Source of the DNA: Rhizophagus irregularis | Taxonomy: Eukaryota | Direction of reading: 5' to 3' | Length of the DNA stretch: 64,000 nucleotides | Assembly (NCBI RefSeq): GCF_026210795.1 | Contig: NC_089435.1 | Coordinates: 1,178,001 to 1,242,000 of the forward strand | In this document: one piece after another, positions 28,360-41,458 of the stretch | How the letters are laid out: each line of letters opens with the position of its first letter | How positions within the stretch are numbered: the stretch's first letter is position 1 | Notes under the pieces: generated by a model | Told to the model about the DNA's origin: nothing | What the model saw: the letters and a program-made list of their open reading frames with translations, nothing else | Database searches by the model: none | Program-made: the position numbers and the translations under genes

Positions 28360-30499
28360 TTACTGTTCTTTTTCTTTTTCTTTTGATGTTCTCTTTTGAA
28401 CATTGTCATGAATATGTTCCTGTTCTTGGGACGATGGTTTGGATGATGATTTTTTATTTGTTTTTTTCGATTGATCACGCATGTTGTCAATAACTTCCTG
28501 CAATTCATCAAGTGCTTCGTTGTTTTTGTTTGTGGATTTTTTATTTTTTGAAATTCTTTTTGATGATCGTGTTTGTTGAGAAGTTTTCCGTGATGATGGG
28601 GGTTTCTGCAGTGGTAATGGTGGGGTTTTGGAGGATTGTTTAGATCGTTTGTTTGATCGTCATCCCAATGTCTGTGATAATGACGTTTCCTCTTGCTCCA
28701 GCTCGTTTACCTCATCCTCACCCTCTTCTTCTTCATCAGATTCAGCATTTATATCTAATTTATCGACGTTGAGACCTTAAAAGAAAAATTTTAAAAATTT
28801 TCTAAAAATTCCGTTCCATAAAAAAAAAAAAGAGAACGGTAATACGCAATTACCATAACTTCGTTGACTTTGTTGACTTTGTTGACTTTGTTCCTCCTTT
28901 TCGCTCTCCGATTCTGACTCATCATCTGATTCTTCGTCAATAGATTTATGGACTGAGGGAGATTCTCGCTTTCCGTCTTTAAGTGTCCACCAAATTAATT
29001 TTGGTGGTGCTTTCTTATTTTTCCAAAATTCATCTTTAAGGATACGAGGACGTACTCTCTTATTTTCTGGAAAATATTTTTCCACGTACTCGTCAATTGA
29101 ATGTAGAAGGTTCGTTAACTAAAAATAAACGTGTATTAGAAATAGATAAACTTCTGTTGTTTTTGAGGTTTGGCATTTTTCCAAAATTTGAAAGCATGCA
29201 AGGAAATTGATATGTCGAGATTTGGCGAAACCAGAAGCACCAATCACGTATTGATAAAGACATTTTAGTGTCACTGCGCATAAACAAAATGAATTGTCTG
29301 ACTTACTTCATCAGATCTCCATGATAATTTGTAAACAAAAAGGTTTTTGCGGTCTGTGGATGCGTTTGGATCATTCTTCGGATCACTCTCTTCAGGAGAG
29401 TGGTATTCGTTCTTGTTTAATATTTCATTAATATCCTTGATCCCACGTTTTTTAAAGATTTTCGATAATCGGGGTGATTCTTCATGGCTAATGCGCCCTT
29501 CATCCTTCGTTCCCGTTTCTGAAATTAAAATAACTATTAGTAATTTTCAATATTACCTAAAAATTTGGAACTTGATTAACTTACTTCTGATAAACGGTTG
29601 ATTATATGGCTCATTATTTTTTTTGTTTTATTTCTGCCTCGTTAAGCTGGCTTTCTTTCCATTTACGTCGGCCATTTTTATGCAAATCCGAGAACACATC
29701 CCGAACTATACTTAATGTTGCACGAATACCACATTGTTCAAGAAGTGATTGGATACGGGGATCAGATCCTTTTCCAATTGTGGTGCAATCTCGCTGAACT
29801 TCTTCGTATAATCGATGGGAATTTCATCAATTTTTGCGCTATGAATTAGAATTTAATTTCGTTCTATAAAATGAAAATTGATAAAATTAATGAGTTTAAA
29901 CGTCACATAAATAATAAAAATATACCAAAACAAACTTTTATTTCTTTTCGATGCTTCTTATTATATTGTTTTTGTGCTGTCTCTTGCAACGAATGTAGAT
30001 CTTTTTCAGGGATATATTCCTCATTGTCTTGTTTATCAAGTTCATCTTCGTCATCGTCATCATCAACCTGAATATATTCTATTTGTCGATTTTGTCGTGA
30101 ACGTTCTTGTGAGTTCAGAGAACGCTCCAGCATTCTCGTTATTTGCCCGAACCCAGTGGACATTTGTTCTTGAATTGATGACATTCCCCGTTCAAGTCGT
30201 GAAATACGTTCTTAATGTACAAAAAAAATAGTAATTTTTAAATTAAGTTTGCTATTTAATTAAAATTTCAAATGATCTGCCAAATTATCCGCCAAAACGT
30301 AAATTATACCTTCAGTATCCAGACTTGATGACCTATTTAATCGATTACGATTGTGTATTTGGTCGATGGATTCGGCTGAATTTAAGTGTGATAAAGAGCG
30401 AACTGTCCGAATGCCCTGTCCATCATGAGAAGCGTCGATGGATAAAGGAGAATGTAGTGTACGAGTACGACGCGTTAACAAACTTCTTTTTTTGGTCAT
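28360..30499 (-). CDS. Multi-exon accessory gene of the CACTA element (TnpA-analogous, probably partly decayed)
   Basis: ATG at 30499 (MTKKRSLL...). An intron at 30309-30211 joins the 30184 ORF in frame. Later exons include [12 protein letters not shown] and acidic/basic low-complexity stretches. Exon structure not fully resolved. Confidence 0.6.
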
Positions 30500-30888
30500 T
30501 ATCAGAAAAGAAATGAAGTAAAAGCTAGAAATGTGGAAGGAACGAACGTAAAATTGAAGAAACGTAAAGTAAAAAAAGAGTTGAGTAAAAAAAAAATTAG
30601 AAAGGAACAAAAATAAAATAATTTGAAAATTGTAAAGACGATTTTAATGTAAAGGAACAAAAATTGCAAAATCGACGTTTGTATTGTAAAAAAAAAAATC
30701 ACTCTTTATATATTTATTCCAATTAAATATTTTCTTCGCGTAATTGTTTGAAATAATTAAATAATTTTTGAATTGTTCTATTTTGGTCATCGCTGATTTT
30801 GGAAAATAGTTAAATAGTTAAATGATTTGAATTGTTCTATTTTGGTCATTGCTAATTTTGGAATTAGTTAGCCAATCGCTAAGTATAT

Positions 30889-31101
30889 AGGACCCCGAAA
30901 TATACATAAAAGGGTCAGATCAGAGTTTGCGTATAATGAGTCAAAAAAATCATGTAGATCATTCCTTTTATGGATAATCCCAGCCAAAATAATATTTCCT
31001 AATTTAGATAATGGCTGAAATTATCGTAATTCCGGCCCTGAAAGAATGCGTATTTTGGACCACTTCTGGACCTGACCTCTACATATATATTTCGGGGTCC
31101 T
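30889..31101. mobile_element. Nested MITE (MULE- or hAT-like) between the two CACTA genes
   Basis: TIR AGGACCCCGAAATATA / TATATTTCGGGGTCCT with imperfect extension to ~40 bp; flanking direct repeat (T)AAGTATAT. Confidence 0.85.
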
Positions 31102-31536
31102 AAGTATATTAAGAATATAATTAAGAATAATTTGGAATTTAATATATAAATTTAGTCAAACAAGGTTACGAGGAGTATACTGAAAGTTAAATTTATTGTT
31201 ATCGCTGATATATTTAAGTATATAATTAAGAATAATTTGGCTATAAAAAGTTAAACAAGGAGTATACTGAAAGTTAAATTTTATTGTAGATCTGTTAAAA
31301 TGTAACATATTCACTTTCGATTATGTATTGATCTACAATTGATGTATTGATGTTCGAAAAAAATATACAATTGATGTATTGAAGCTCGAAAAAAAATAAA
31401 AATGTATATACAATTGATGTATTGATGTTCGAAAAAAATAAAAATGTATCGTCTGATTATTTATTACAGCGAAATGCTGGTATTTTGGTTAAATTCACAT
31501 TTTGTAAAATTAAATCAAAATTTGAAAAAATGATGA

Positions 31537-34500
31537 ATGTTAATGAAAGACGCGTTAAAACAAAACGGAAAGTATGTTGATCCAAGAACCAAACAAAAAC
31601 ATTCAATGAGTCTAAGTCTTGATGATGCAACTACTTCAAATGACCCAATGAGTATTGGATCGTTATTCGTTAATGAAGAAATCTCTATCGACCCTCAAGA
31701 AAGCACATCATCATCAGAAAATTTGTCAACATTTTCTTCAAAAAGGAGAAAACGAAGCAGGTATAATACTTATTTGGAGCGTGATACTCAAATGCAAAAT
31801 ATAAATGACAGTGATGATAACAATGACAGTAACGAAGAAACTGATAATTATGGTGATAGCGATGATGGGATGATAGCGATAATAACGATGATGGGGATGA
31901 TAGCGATGATAACGATGATGGAAATGATGGGGATGATAACAATGATGGGGATGATAGCAATAATGGGGATGATGGGGATGATGATGGCGAAGAAACCAAC
32001 ATTTTTGAAGATTACTCTCCACCGAATTATGATTTTTCAAACAATATTAATGAAAATCTGCAAAATATTGAAGATTGGATAATTGTGTTTGTTTTGAGGT
32101 ATCAAACTAGGTTTCGACTAGCAGATACCGCAATCAATACATTAATTAAATTCATCAAACATATTTTAACAAATTTTAATTACGATCGTTTTAAAGATTT
32201 TCCTACTTCGTTGTATACTGCAAGAAAGAAATTAGGATTGAAGCATCAATTTGTCAAATTTTCCGTATGTCCTTCATGTCACAAATTACATAATATAGAT
32301 GATGTTAAACAACACACAATCCAACAATACAAAGCAATAAAAAATGTGGTCATGTACAATTTCCAAATCATCGTTCACTTCGACAATGCAATGCTCCATT
32401 ATCAGAACAAAAAGAACTAGACGATGGTAAAGTCGTTAATGTGCCATTATTAATTTATCCGATGCCCAGTATAAAAGAGCAACTTTTACAAATGTATCAA
32501 AGGCCAAACTTTGAAAAAAATCTTAAATTATGGGCTGATAGAAGCGTCAACGACCGAGTCTTATGTGATATATATGATGGTAAAATTTGGAAGAATTTCT
32601 CAAATAGTGGAATAATAGTGGATGATGAATCTGACGAACAAAGATTTTTTAATAAAGAACATGCGGATAATCATTTGGGTATTATGATTAACGTCGATTG
32701 GTTTCAGCCATTTGAAAGGACAATTCATAGTTCTGGTGCTATATATGGAGCTATTTGCAATCTCCCAAGAGAATTGCGCTTTAAACCCGAAAATATGCTC
32801 ATTTTAGGATTAATGCCAGGCCCTAATGAACCAAGCCTACATCAGATAAATCATTACTTGGCGCCAATTGTTGATCAATTTCAAACTTTTTGGGAAGGAG
32901 TGGGATTAGACAGAACTTCTGAATATTTATCCGGAAGATTGATAAAATGTGCAGTAATTGCTTGTTGCTGCGATATACCAGCTGCTAGAAAATTATGTGG
33001 CCATTATTCAGCCAATGTAAGCTGTCACAGATGCTTAAAGGTTGCAAGAAATAGAAATTTTAGTGGCATGGATGATATTGACGAATGGTTTGTTGCTAAA
33101 AGCGCGAATAGTCATCGAGAAATGGCTTTGGAATGGAGAAAATGCAAAAGCAACAAAGCTAGAAAAAGACATGCGAAGCAATATCACGCGAGATGGTCAG
33201 AAATGCTCTGTTTGTCTTATTTCGATCTGATACGATTTTTACCTGTGGACCCGATGCATAATTTATTTATAGGAATTGCATCATTTATCGTAAAACGGCT
33301 TTGGTTAGGACATGGTAAAATAAATATGGATGATCTGACGAAAATTCAAAAAAACATGAACAATATTCATCCACCATCAGAAATCGGTCGAATTCCTCAT
33401 AAAATAGATATTGGGGAAGGATTTTCCAATTTAACGGCTAACGAATGGAAAAATTTTTCCTGATTTATGCCAGAGTCGTTCTTTGGGATTTTTTGGACCA
33501 AGAAGATCGGAAAATCTTAGTACATTTCAGCCAAGCTTGTTCTATATTAGTCCGAAGGATTGTTACAATCAAAAATTTAGATGACGCACATGAACATTTA
33601 ATTGAAATTTTGAAACTTATCAAAACGAATTACGGAGAAGTTTCAATAACACCAAATTTACATCTTTCATTACACTTGAACAAATGTTGTAAAGATTACG
33701 GTCCTCTTTACTCATTTTGGTGTTTCTCCTTTGAAAGGATGAATGGAATTCTTGGTTGGTATTTACAATAATATTATTCAAATTATTCAGAATTATTACT
33801 TACGATTTTACAATTATACAGGGAGTTTACCTAATAGTAGACGAAAAATTGAACTGGAAATTATGCGATTTATGATGCAGAGTTCTCAAATTGAACGAAG
33901 ATTCAATACATTGGCTCTAAATCATCAGGCCATTTTTCAAATACTTGATTTAAATGATGATACAACTGACGATAATGAAAATGAATCTCTCGAAAGTGAG
34001 GAATTACAGGCATTTTTAGACATATCCGAAAAGCTGGTTTCTGGCAGGGCAACAGGAACGGAGGAATATCCTGGAGAACTTTTAAGTCCGATAAAATTGA
34101 ATGTCATATTACCGGATGATATTTTGGATTTACTAGTTGATTACTACAATCGCGCTTATGAAGAATATAATTTTAGCTGACCACGGTTAGATCCTTCTTC
34201 ATCAACCGAAAATTACATTGCTGTAACTGAAAATATCACACAATGTAGCAGATTGCGCATCGGTGCAGAATATTTTGGGTCAATATTATCCAAAAGGTAT
34301 ATTAGAAGCTCTTATATTTTAGCACGTTTTATAGAACAACGTGGAAATGATATAGACACATATCCTGGCCAGGTACAATTCTATTTCAAACATACAGTTC
34401 ATCTTCCGAATGGTCTGATGGAACATTATTTGGCTTTTGTGAATTGGTATAAACCCGCTGCGACCGCAAACATCAGATTTTTTTTTTCCAGCGAAGATTC

Positions 34501-34672
34501 TGATGATTTTACGAATGATCCAGAACTTTGAAAAAAGGAGTTTTTTAATTCTTCGGTTGATAGTATAATTCCGGTTCATCACATATTAGGTAGATTTGTT
34601 CCAGCAAAATTTAAATACAAACGTACTGAATACTTGGCCATTTTACCGTTAAATAGAAGATTTCACATTTAA
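31537..34672 (+). pseudogene. EnSpm/CACTA tnp2-family (Transposase_21-like) transposase, frameshifted
   Basis: Motifs DIYDGKIWK, DWFQPF, RFKPENMLILGLMPGP, DIPAARKLCGH, DPMHNLF, WCFSFERMNGILG. Frameshifts near 31870, 32340 and 33455; stops at 34178 and 34529; intron 33755-33821. Confidence 0.92.
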
Positions 34673-34919
34673 ATTTACCATAATAAATAATTTTTTTTTT
34701 TTGCGAAATTATCCAATTATTATATCAAATTATTCAATATTCAGTAAATAATGTCGCATTTTTTTAGTAAATGATCTAATTTTTCGATAAAATGTTACAT
34801 CTTTCTAGAAAATGTCAACAAATGTACATTTTGCAAAAAAAGTGTCAAAAAAAAATAACATTCTAACGAAAAATGTAACATTTGACCAAAAAAACATGAA
34901 ATTTGCATGAAATTTGCTA

Positions 34920-35430
34920 AAAAATGCGGAATTTTCATAAAAAATGTACCATTTGGCAGAAAATCGGAATATTTGACAAAAAAAAAAGCAAAATTTGATT
35001 TTAATTGACAATGTTATAACAATGTTATGAAATGTTGTTACAATGATATTACATTGGTGGCAAAATGTGGAATTTTCATAAAAAATGTACCATTTGGCAG
35101 AAAATCGGAATATTTGACAAACAAAAGCAAAATTTGATTTTAATTGACAATGTTATAACAATGTTATGAAATGTTGTTACAATGATATTGCATTGGTGGC
35201 AAAATGTGGAATTTTCATAAAAAATGTACCATTTGGCAGAAAATCGGAATATTTGACAAACAAAAAGCAAAATTTGATTTTAATTGACAATGTTATAACA
35301 ATGTTATGAAATGTTGTTACAATGATATTACATTGGTGGCAAAATGCGGAATTTTCATAAAAATGCACCATTTGACAAAAAAAAAGCAAAATTTGATTTA
35401 ATTGACAATGTTATAACAATGTTACGAAAT
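34920..35430. repeat. Right subterminal tandem array, ~140 bp x 3.5
   Basis: AAAATG(C/T)GGAATTTTCATAAAA starts at ~34922, 35062, 35201 and 35341. Confidence 0.92.
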
Positions 35431-38400
35431 GTTACATTTGAGGTGTAATGTAGCATTTTCCCAAAATTTCATAAGATTTGCTAAATCGGACAATGTTGTA
35501 ACAATGCTATTCCAAAAAATTGCTCAGCGTAATGTAGCATTTTCCACAATTTCCCACCATTTTCCAGAAAAATGGGGAATTTGCATTTTTTGAATTTTGG
35601 ACAATGGTGCCCCTTCGACCTGTGTTTAGCCATACGCTATGTAAATGGAAATGGAATAGAAGAGAATTTTGAAAAGGCCATTCATTGGTTTCAAAAAGCA
35701 GCAGAAAATGGTAATGAAGAAGCAATGTTTTGTTTAGCCAAATTCCATGAGTTTGGAAAAGGAACAGAAAAGAATTTAGAAAAATCCTTTTATTTGCATC
35801 AAAAAGCAGCAGAAAATGGTAATAAAAAAGCAATGTTTAGTTTAGCCAATCATTATTATAATGGTAAAGGAACAGAAGAGAATTTAGAAAAAGCCTTTTA
35901 TTGGTTTCAAAAAGCAAAAGGAAATGATTTTACTGGGGCAATGAATAATTTAGTAATATGTTATGAATGTGGAAAAACAGAAAAGAATTTGGAAAAAGCC
36001 TTATATTTGCATCAAAAAGCAGCAGAAAATGGTGATAAAGAAGCAATGTTTAGTTTAGCCAATTATTATTATTATAATGGAGAAGAAACAGAAGAGAATT
36101 TGGAAAAAGCTATTTATTGGTATCAAAAAGCAACAGAAAATGGTAATAAAAAGGCAATGTTTAATTTAGCCATGTGCTATGTAAATGGAAATGGAACAGA
36201 AGTAAATATTGAAAAAGCCTTTCATTGGTTTCAAAAAGCAGCAGAAAATGGTAATGAAGAAGCAATGTATATTTTAGCCAAATTCTATGAATGTGGAGAA
36301 GGAACAGAAAAGAATTTTGAAAAAGCTTTTTATTTGCATCAAAATGCAGCAGAAAATGGTAATGAAGAATCAATGTTTTGTTTAGCCGATTATTATTATA
36401 ATGAAGAAAAAACAGAAAGAATTTAGAAAAAGCCATTTATTGGTATCAAAAAGCAGCAGAAAATTGTAATAAAAATGCAATGCGTAATTTAGCCATATGT
36501 TATCATTTTGGAAAAGGAACAGAAAAGAATTTAGAAAAATCTTTTCATTGGTATCAAAAAGCAGCAGAAAATGGTGATGAAAGTGCAATGTTTAATTTAG
36601 CCATTCATTATTTTAGTGGAGAAGTAACAGAAAGGAATTTAGAAAAAGCCTTTTATTGGTATCAAAAAGCAGCAGAAAATGGTAGTAAAGAAGCATTGCT
36701 TAATTTAGCCATATTTTATCAATATGGAATAGGAACAGAAAAGAATTTAGAAAAATCTTTTTATTGGTATCAAAAAGCAGCAGAAAATGGTGATGAAAGT
36801 GCAATATTTAATTTAGGCATGTGCTATGGAAATGGAGTAGGAACAGAAAAGAATTTAGAGAAAGCCTTTCATTGGTATCAAAAAGCAGCAGAAAAAGATC
36901 ATATTGAAGCAATGTTTAATTTAGCACATAGTTACTATAGTGGAGATGGAACAGAAAAGAATTTAGAGAAGGCTTTTTATTGGAACCAAAAAGCAATGGA
37001 AAGTAATAAAATAGGTTTTAAAAATGAAATTGATTTATGCATTGAATGCAAACAGCCAAATATTAATTACCATTGGTGTCAACAATGTAATACTGGACAT
37101 TTTCAACAAGATTTTTCAAAATGGACTAGTAAAAATGAATTTATTGATAAGTTTATTCAAGAAGCACAACTAAATGCTAAAAACAGCTATGAAATTTTAG
37201 AGTAGATACCCTATAATAAATTGTCTAATATTAATTATTATGATAAAGGAGGATTTAGTGAAATTCATAAAGCTATCTGGTTAGATGGTCCTATTTTTAG
37301 TTGGAATTTTGACAAACAACAGTGGATTAGATATAATTTTCAAACAGGTTATGAGGTTATTCTTAAAACACTTAAAAATTCATCAAGTTTAAATAGTAAA
37401 TTTCTGGATGAGGTATAGTATTTATATTTAATAGCAAATTTTATTTTCTTTTGCAAAATTTAATGATTTTATTATTTATATAGTGGAAATATCATTACAA
37501 TTGTCAGAAAAAATCATTTTCAAAATTTATTCAATTCTTTGGATTTACCCAAGATCCGAATAATTTAAATTATATAATAGTAATGAGTTATGCAAAAAAA
37601 GGAAGTCTGAGAAAATGTTTATCTGATATAATTAAGTTTGAATGGCAAGACAAGTTACAATTATTGAAGAAAATTATATTAGGACTTAAAGTAATCCATG
37701 AATCAAATTTGACTCATGGTGATTTTCATGATGGTAATATATTAATGTCAGAGAATTACAATGAGATATTTATTATTGATTTAGGATTATGCAAACCTAT
37801 AAGTTATTTACAAGATTTTGATAATAAAATTAATGAAATCTATGGAGTTTTGCCTTATATGGCACCTGAAATACTGAGAAAAAAACCTTATACACCTGCA
37901 AGTGATATTTATAGTTTTTCAATGATAATGTGGGAATTTACATCAGGTATTCCTCCATTTAATCATGAAGCACATGACCGTGATCTTATCTTGGATATTT
38001 GTAATAAAGAAAAACGTCCTGAAATTACAAAGAATACTCCAAAATGCTATGAAGATTTGATGAAAAAATGTTGGGATTCAAATCCTTCCAATAGACCAAC
38101 CATAATAATGCTTGAAAATATTATAACTGAATGGATTAGATGTATTAATAAATATTATGAAATGAACGGGGATCAAAATTATGAAAATTATAATTATTTA
38201 GTACCAAATATTGATGATAAATTAAAAAATGATATGTATGAATTTGTAGAGGCAAACAAAACTTTAGTACAAGAACAAGCAAATACTTTTATTGCACAAT
38301 CTCATCCACAAGCATATTATACAAGTCGTAAACTTACTGAAATTTTAATTCAAGAAGGGTCGCAGGGTTTTGATTGTGTAATTAAAGATTAATAATCTTG

Positions 38401-40974
38401 TTATTTATTCTTTATTTGTTGGACTATTTATCAATTGTTATATAGAAAAATACATATATTGTGATTTTTATCAATTTACAATAGTATACAAATTTTGAAA
38501 TAATGTTTATTTTTTTTATTTTCACTTGCAATTTGTTTACTAGAAAGCTTAAGTTTAATATTAAATCTATGCTTCAACAATTTACTATTTGTATTATTGC
38601 TTTAGGATACTTTATTATTGTGTATTTATAATTTGTAATAAGTAAAAAAGCTTCAAGTGTATTTTAATATTTTTTTTCTTTTATTACTCTTATTAGGTAA
38701 TATTATAATCGTTATTTCTAATGAATATAATCATAGCAACTGACATTATCATAAAATTCATAGTTGTATAAGCCATCTGAAGTTTAACATTTTAACAGGT
38801 TTTGACAGGTGATTGCATAGCGGCCTTTTGTTTTATCGCAATGCTGATCATTTTTCCGACCATTTGTGATTTTTTTATAAAAATGTGACGAAGTATCAAA
38901 AAACAAATTGGGAAATCCAAATTTAACATCATAATCGTACACAATAGCCGTTTAATACAAGGTATTGGTCATAGTACATACTGTACTATTTAATTTAGCT
39001 GCGTTACAGAGAATTTAGTCACGATAACAAGATACATCATTTAACTCTTTACGACCTTTTTGAACTTTTTACAAATTTGCAAAATAATCTCGTTATTAGA
39101 CAAGTGTGTTAAGGCATAGAACAAAACACTTATTATGGCTTATAATTATGCATAATCTTTTCTTTTAGCTTATAATAAACTAAAGAAAGAAGAAAGTTAA
39201 AAAAAAAATTGCAGCAAAGGAAATTAATATATCTAAGGTTGGTTTAACACGCTTTTAACAGTTTAGTTTATTATATGCATTAATTTTAAAGTGAGATATC
39301 ATAAAAAAACTTTTCTTTAGTGTAATATTATATAAAAATTTAAAAACAATAAAAAAAGAATATTTTTAGATCAACTTTTAATAATAAATTATTTTATTTT
39401 CTCTTTTAGTAACAGGCACTAGTTATATTACATTAACATTTGAGAGTAATAATTTCTTTGGAATAGAATATAAGGTTCTATAAGAAGAATTTTATTGGTA
39501 GGAAATCTTATTTATATGGATCTTAATAATGGTTATATAGTGTTCTTTTTCGATATGTATATATACTAAACAAATAATTTTGTATTATTTAAAAGATAAA
39601 ATTGTACTCTATTTACAAAATCAACGATCATTCAGATTAATCACTATATGTGGAGATATTAATGATCAGGCTAAAAAATATAAAATTAATGTATTGGACG
39701 AAATTACTCTTTAACCAGTAATTCAACTAATGCAATTTTTAATCACTGGATAGGTATCATTCTCCTCTTTCAAATGATTGTAGAGTCATATTCATAGTTT
39801 ACACATATGTCAAATTATTTAGAATTTTTCTATAAGAATTATATTTGATTTTAATTTTAAATAGGTGGCACATATTAAAATCCCTCCTTTTACTTCAACT
39901 AAATTTTAATAAAATTTTAGAATCAGATATATTAAATCATCGTTTTTTTAATAATTTGGAAAGTTTAAGTAATATTTATTATATCCGCTAAGACATTTGC
40001 ATCAAAAAAATGTATAGGTAACGCTAAATTAAAAGTTATTACATTTAAAAGTTGATCAATAACAAATAGATTTTAATAAAAATAAATGCACTTAAATTAC
40101 CAATTGGAGTTAATTGATTGACAAAATTTGAGAATATTTTAATATGTAGAATTTTTCAAAAAAGCAAAAACTACGGTACTTGTATCATGTGATAAAAAAT
40201 TGAAAAAATTCACGTGATAAATTCGGAAAGCCAGTAAGCCACGCTATGTTATCAAAGTCAAGAATTTTGTTTATTATGTTCTGCAAACTTAAAAACAAAG
40301 AATGAAAAAAACGAAAAAAATACTTAGTTTTAATTTTAAGTATAAAGAGCTGAATATAAAAATAAAATTATAAATTATAAAGAAAAGTAAAAATTTCATA
40401 AATTTTATTAAAATCATATAAGGTTTCAAACCTGCCACCTTTTGACAGTTTCAAATAAAATGTCAAGCATCTAGACTTACAACGTTGTGAAAATCTGAGG
40501 CAATTACAGGTTGATAGTGAATTAGTGATAAATAGTGATTACGGATCAAGATTTTTTATGTGATTTTAAATTCTTAATTTATTATTCAATAAAAATTCTA
40601 TTGATATTCAATAACAATTCGATTAATTAAAACCAAATATTTCGATAAAAATAATCTGAATTTTATATTTTATTAACATAAAACATACTCATTATATAAT
40701 TATTTAATAAAGAAATAAAATAAGTACGGTATAATGAATAACAATGCTTGATACTCCGGGGTATCTCCATACAAAGTATTCGATATTTTAGTAAATTCTA
40801 GAAGGACATTTATTTTTCAAATATATTTTATTAATATTGTTTATATATTTGATGGTTACGTCCCCTCTATCTAATACACATATATATTCTATTAATATTT
40901 TATAATATTTGAATAATAACAAATACAAATATTGCTGAAAAATTTAATATCATAGTATTATTTTAAAACTCGTA

Positions 40975-41112
40975 AAACTCGGCTTAAGATAAGCCAAGCC
41001 AGCCTCAAGCCAAGCCAAGCTTAGCCAAGCCCAAAATATATCGAGTTAATAGCTTGTCTTAATAAAGTTAAATGAGCCAAGCCAAGCCAAGGCTTAGCTC
41101 GATTTGGCTTGT
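40975..41112. repeat. AAGCC pentamer cluster, probable MITE remnant
   Basis: Multiple AAGCCAAGCC copies and inverted GGCTT motifs. No intact TIR or TSD. Confidence 0.5.
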
Positions 41113-41458
41113 TACTCGTCAGTGATTGGCAAATGAAATGATTCAAATTGATCCATGATTAGGCAAAATTCTTTAAATGGTCAAATAAGGTCAATTACAA
41201 ATCGATCGTTGTCACTAATTTACTCAAACAATGAGCGTATTTTTTTAACAAAATTGACTAATGTAGATCAATGATCTACACACATTCATATCGAAAAAGG
41301 AAGGTTTATATTATTTAATATTTACGCCAAAAGTTTTATTCATACATTGTGATTAGGTACTAATTTTTTTGCTACACAGATACTTATTACACAAATACGC
41401 CATCCTGATATAAATAAGGACGATGAATGAAAAAATTTTTTCCATCATCAAAAAAAAA

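Larger units (their letters stand above)
27234..35624. mobile_element. EnSpm/CACTA (CMC) superfamily DNA transposon, 8391 bp
   Basis: Ends CACAGGTCGAA...TTCGACCTGTG with further similarity (CATTGTC-CAAAATT); 3-bp TSD TTT; subterminal tandem arrays; tnp2-type transposase and a second gene. Confidence 0.95.
25870..38392 (+). pseudogene. Sel1-repeat plus tyrosine-kinase-like kinase gene split by a CACTA element (parts 25870-27233 and 35628-38392)
   Basis: 36-aa Sel1 repeats (AMFNLA.CY..G.GTEKNLEKAF.W.QKAAENG); kinase motifs HGDFHDGNIL, IDLGL, YMAPE, SDIYSF; intron 37413-37483. Further lesions: frameshift ~36415 and TAG at 37203. Confidence 0.92.

Noticed and set aside
31685..32082. His-rich, Ser-rich and Met/Ile-rich ORFs
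   Set aside because: These are alternative frames of a GAT-rich acidic repeat in the frameshifted transposase N-terminus.
35572..35624. N-terminus of the 284-aa Sel1 ORF (MGNLHFLNFGQWCPFDLC)
   Set aside because: It derives from the transposon's right end, not from the host gene. No evidence that it is a real start.
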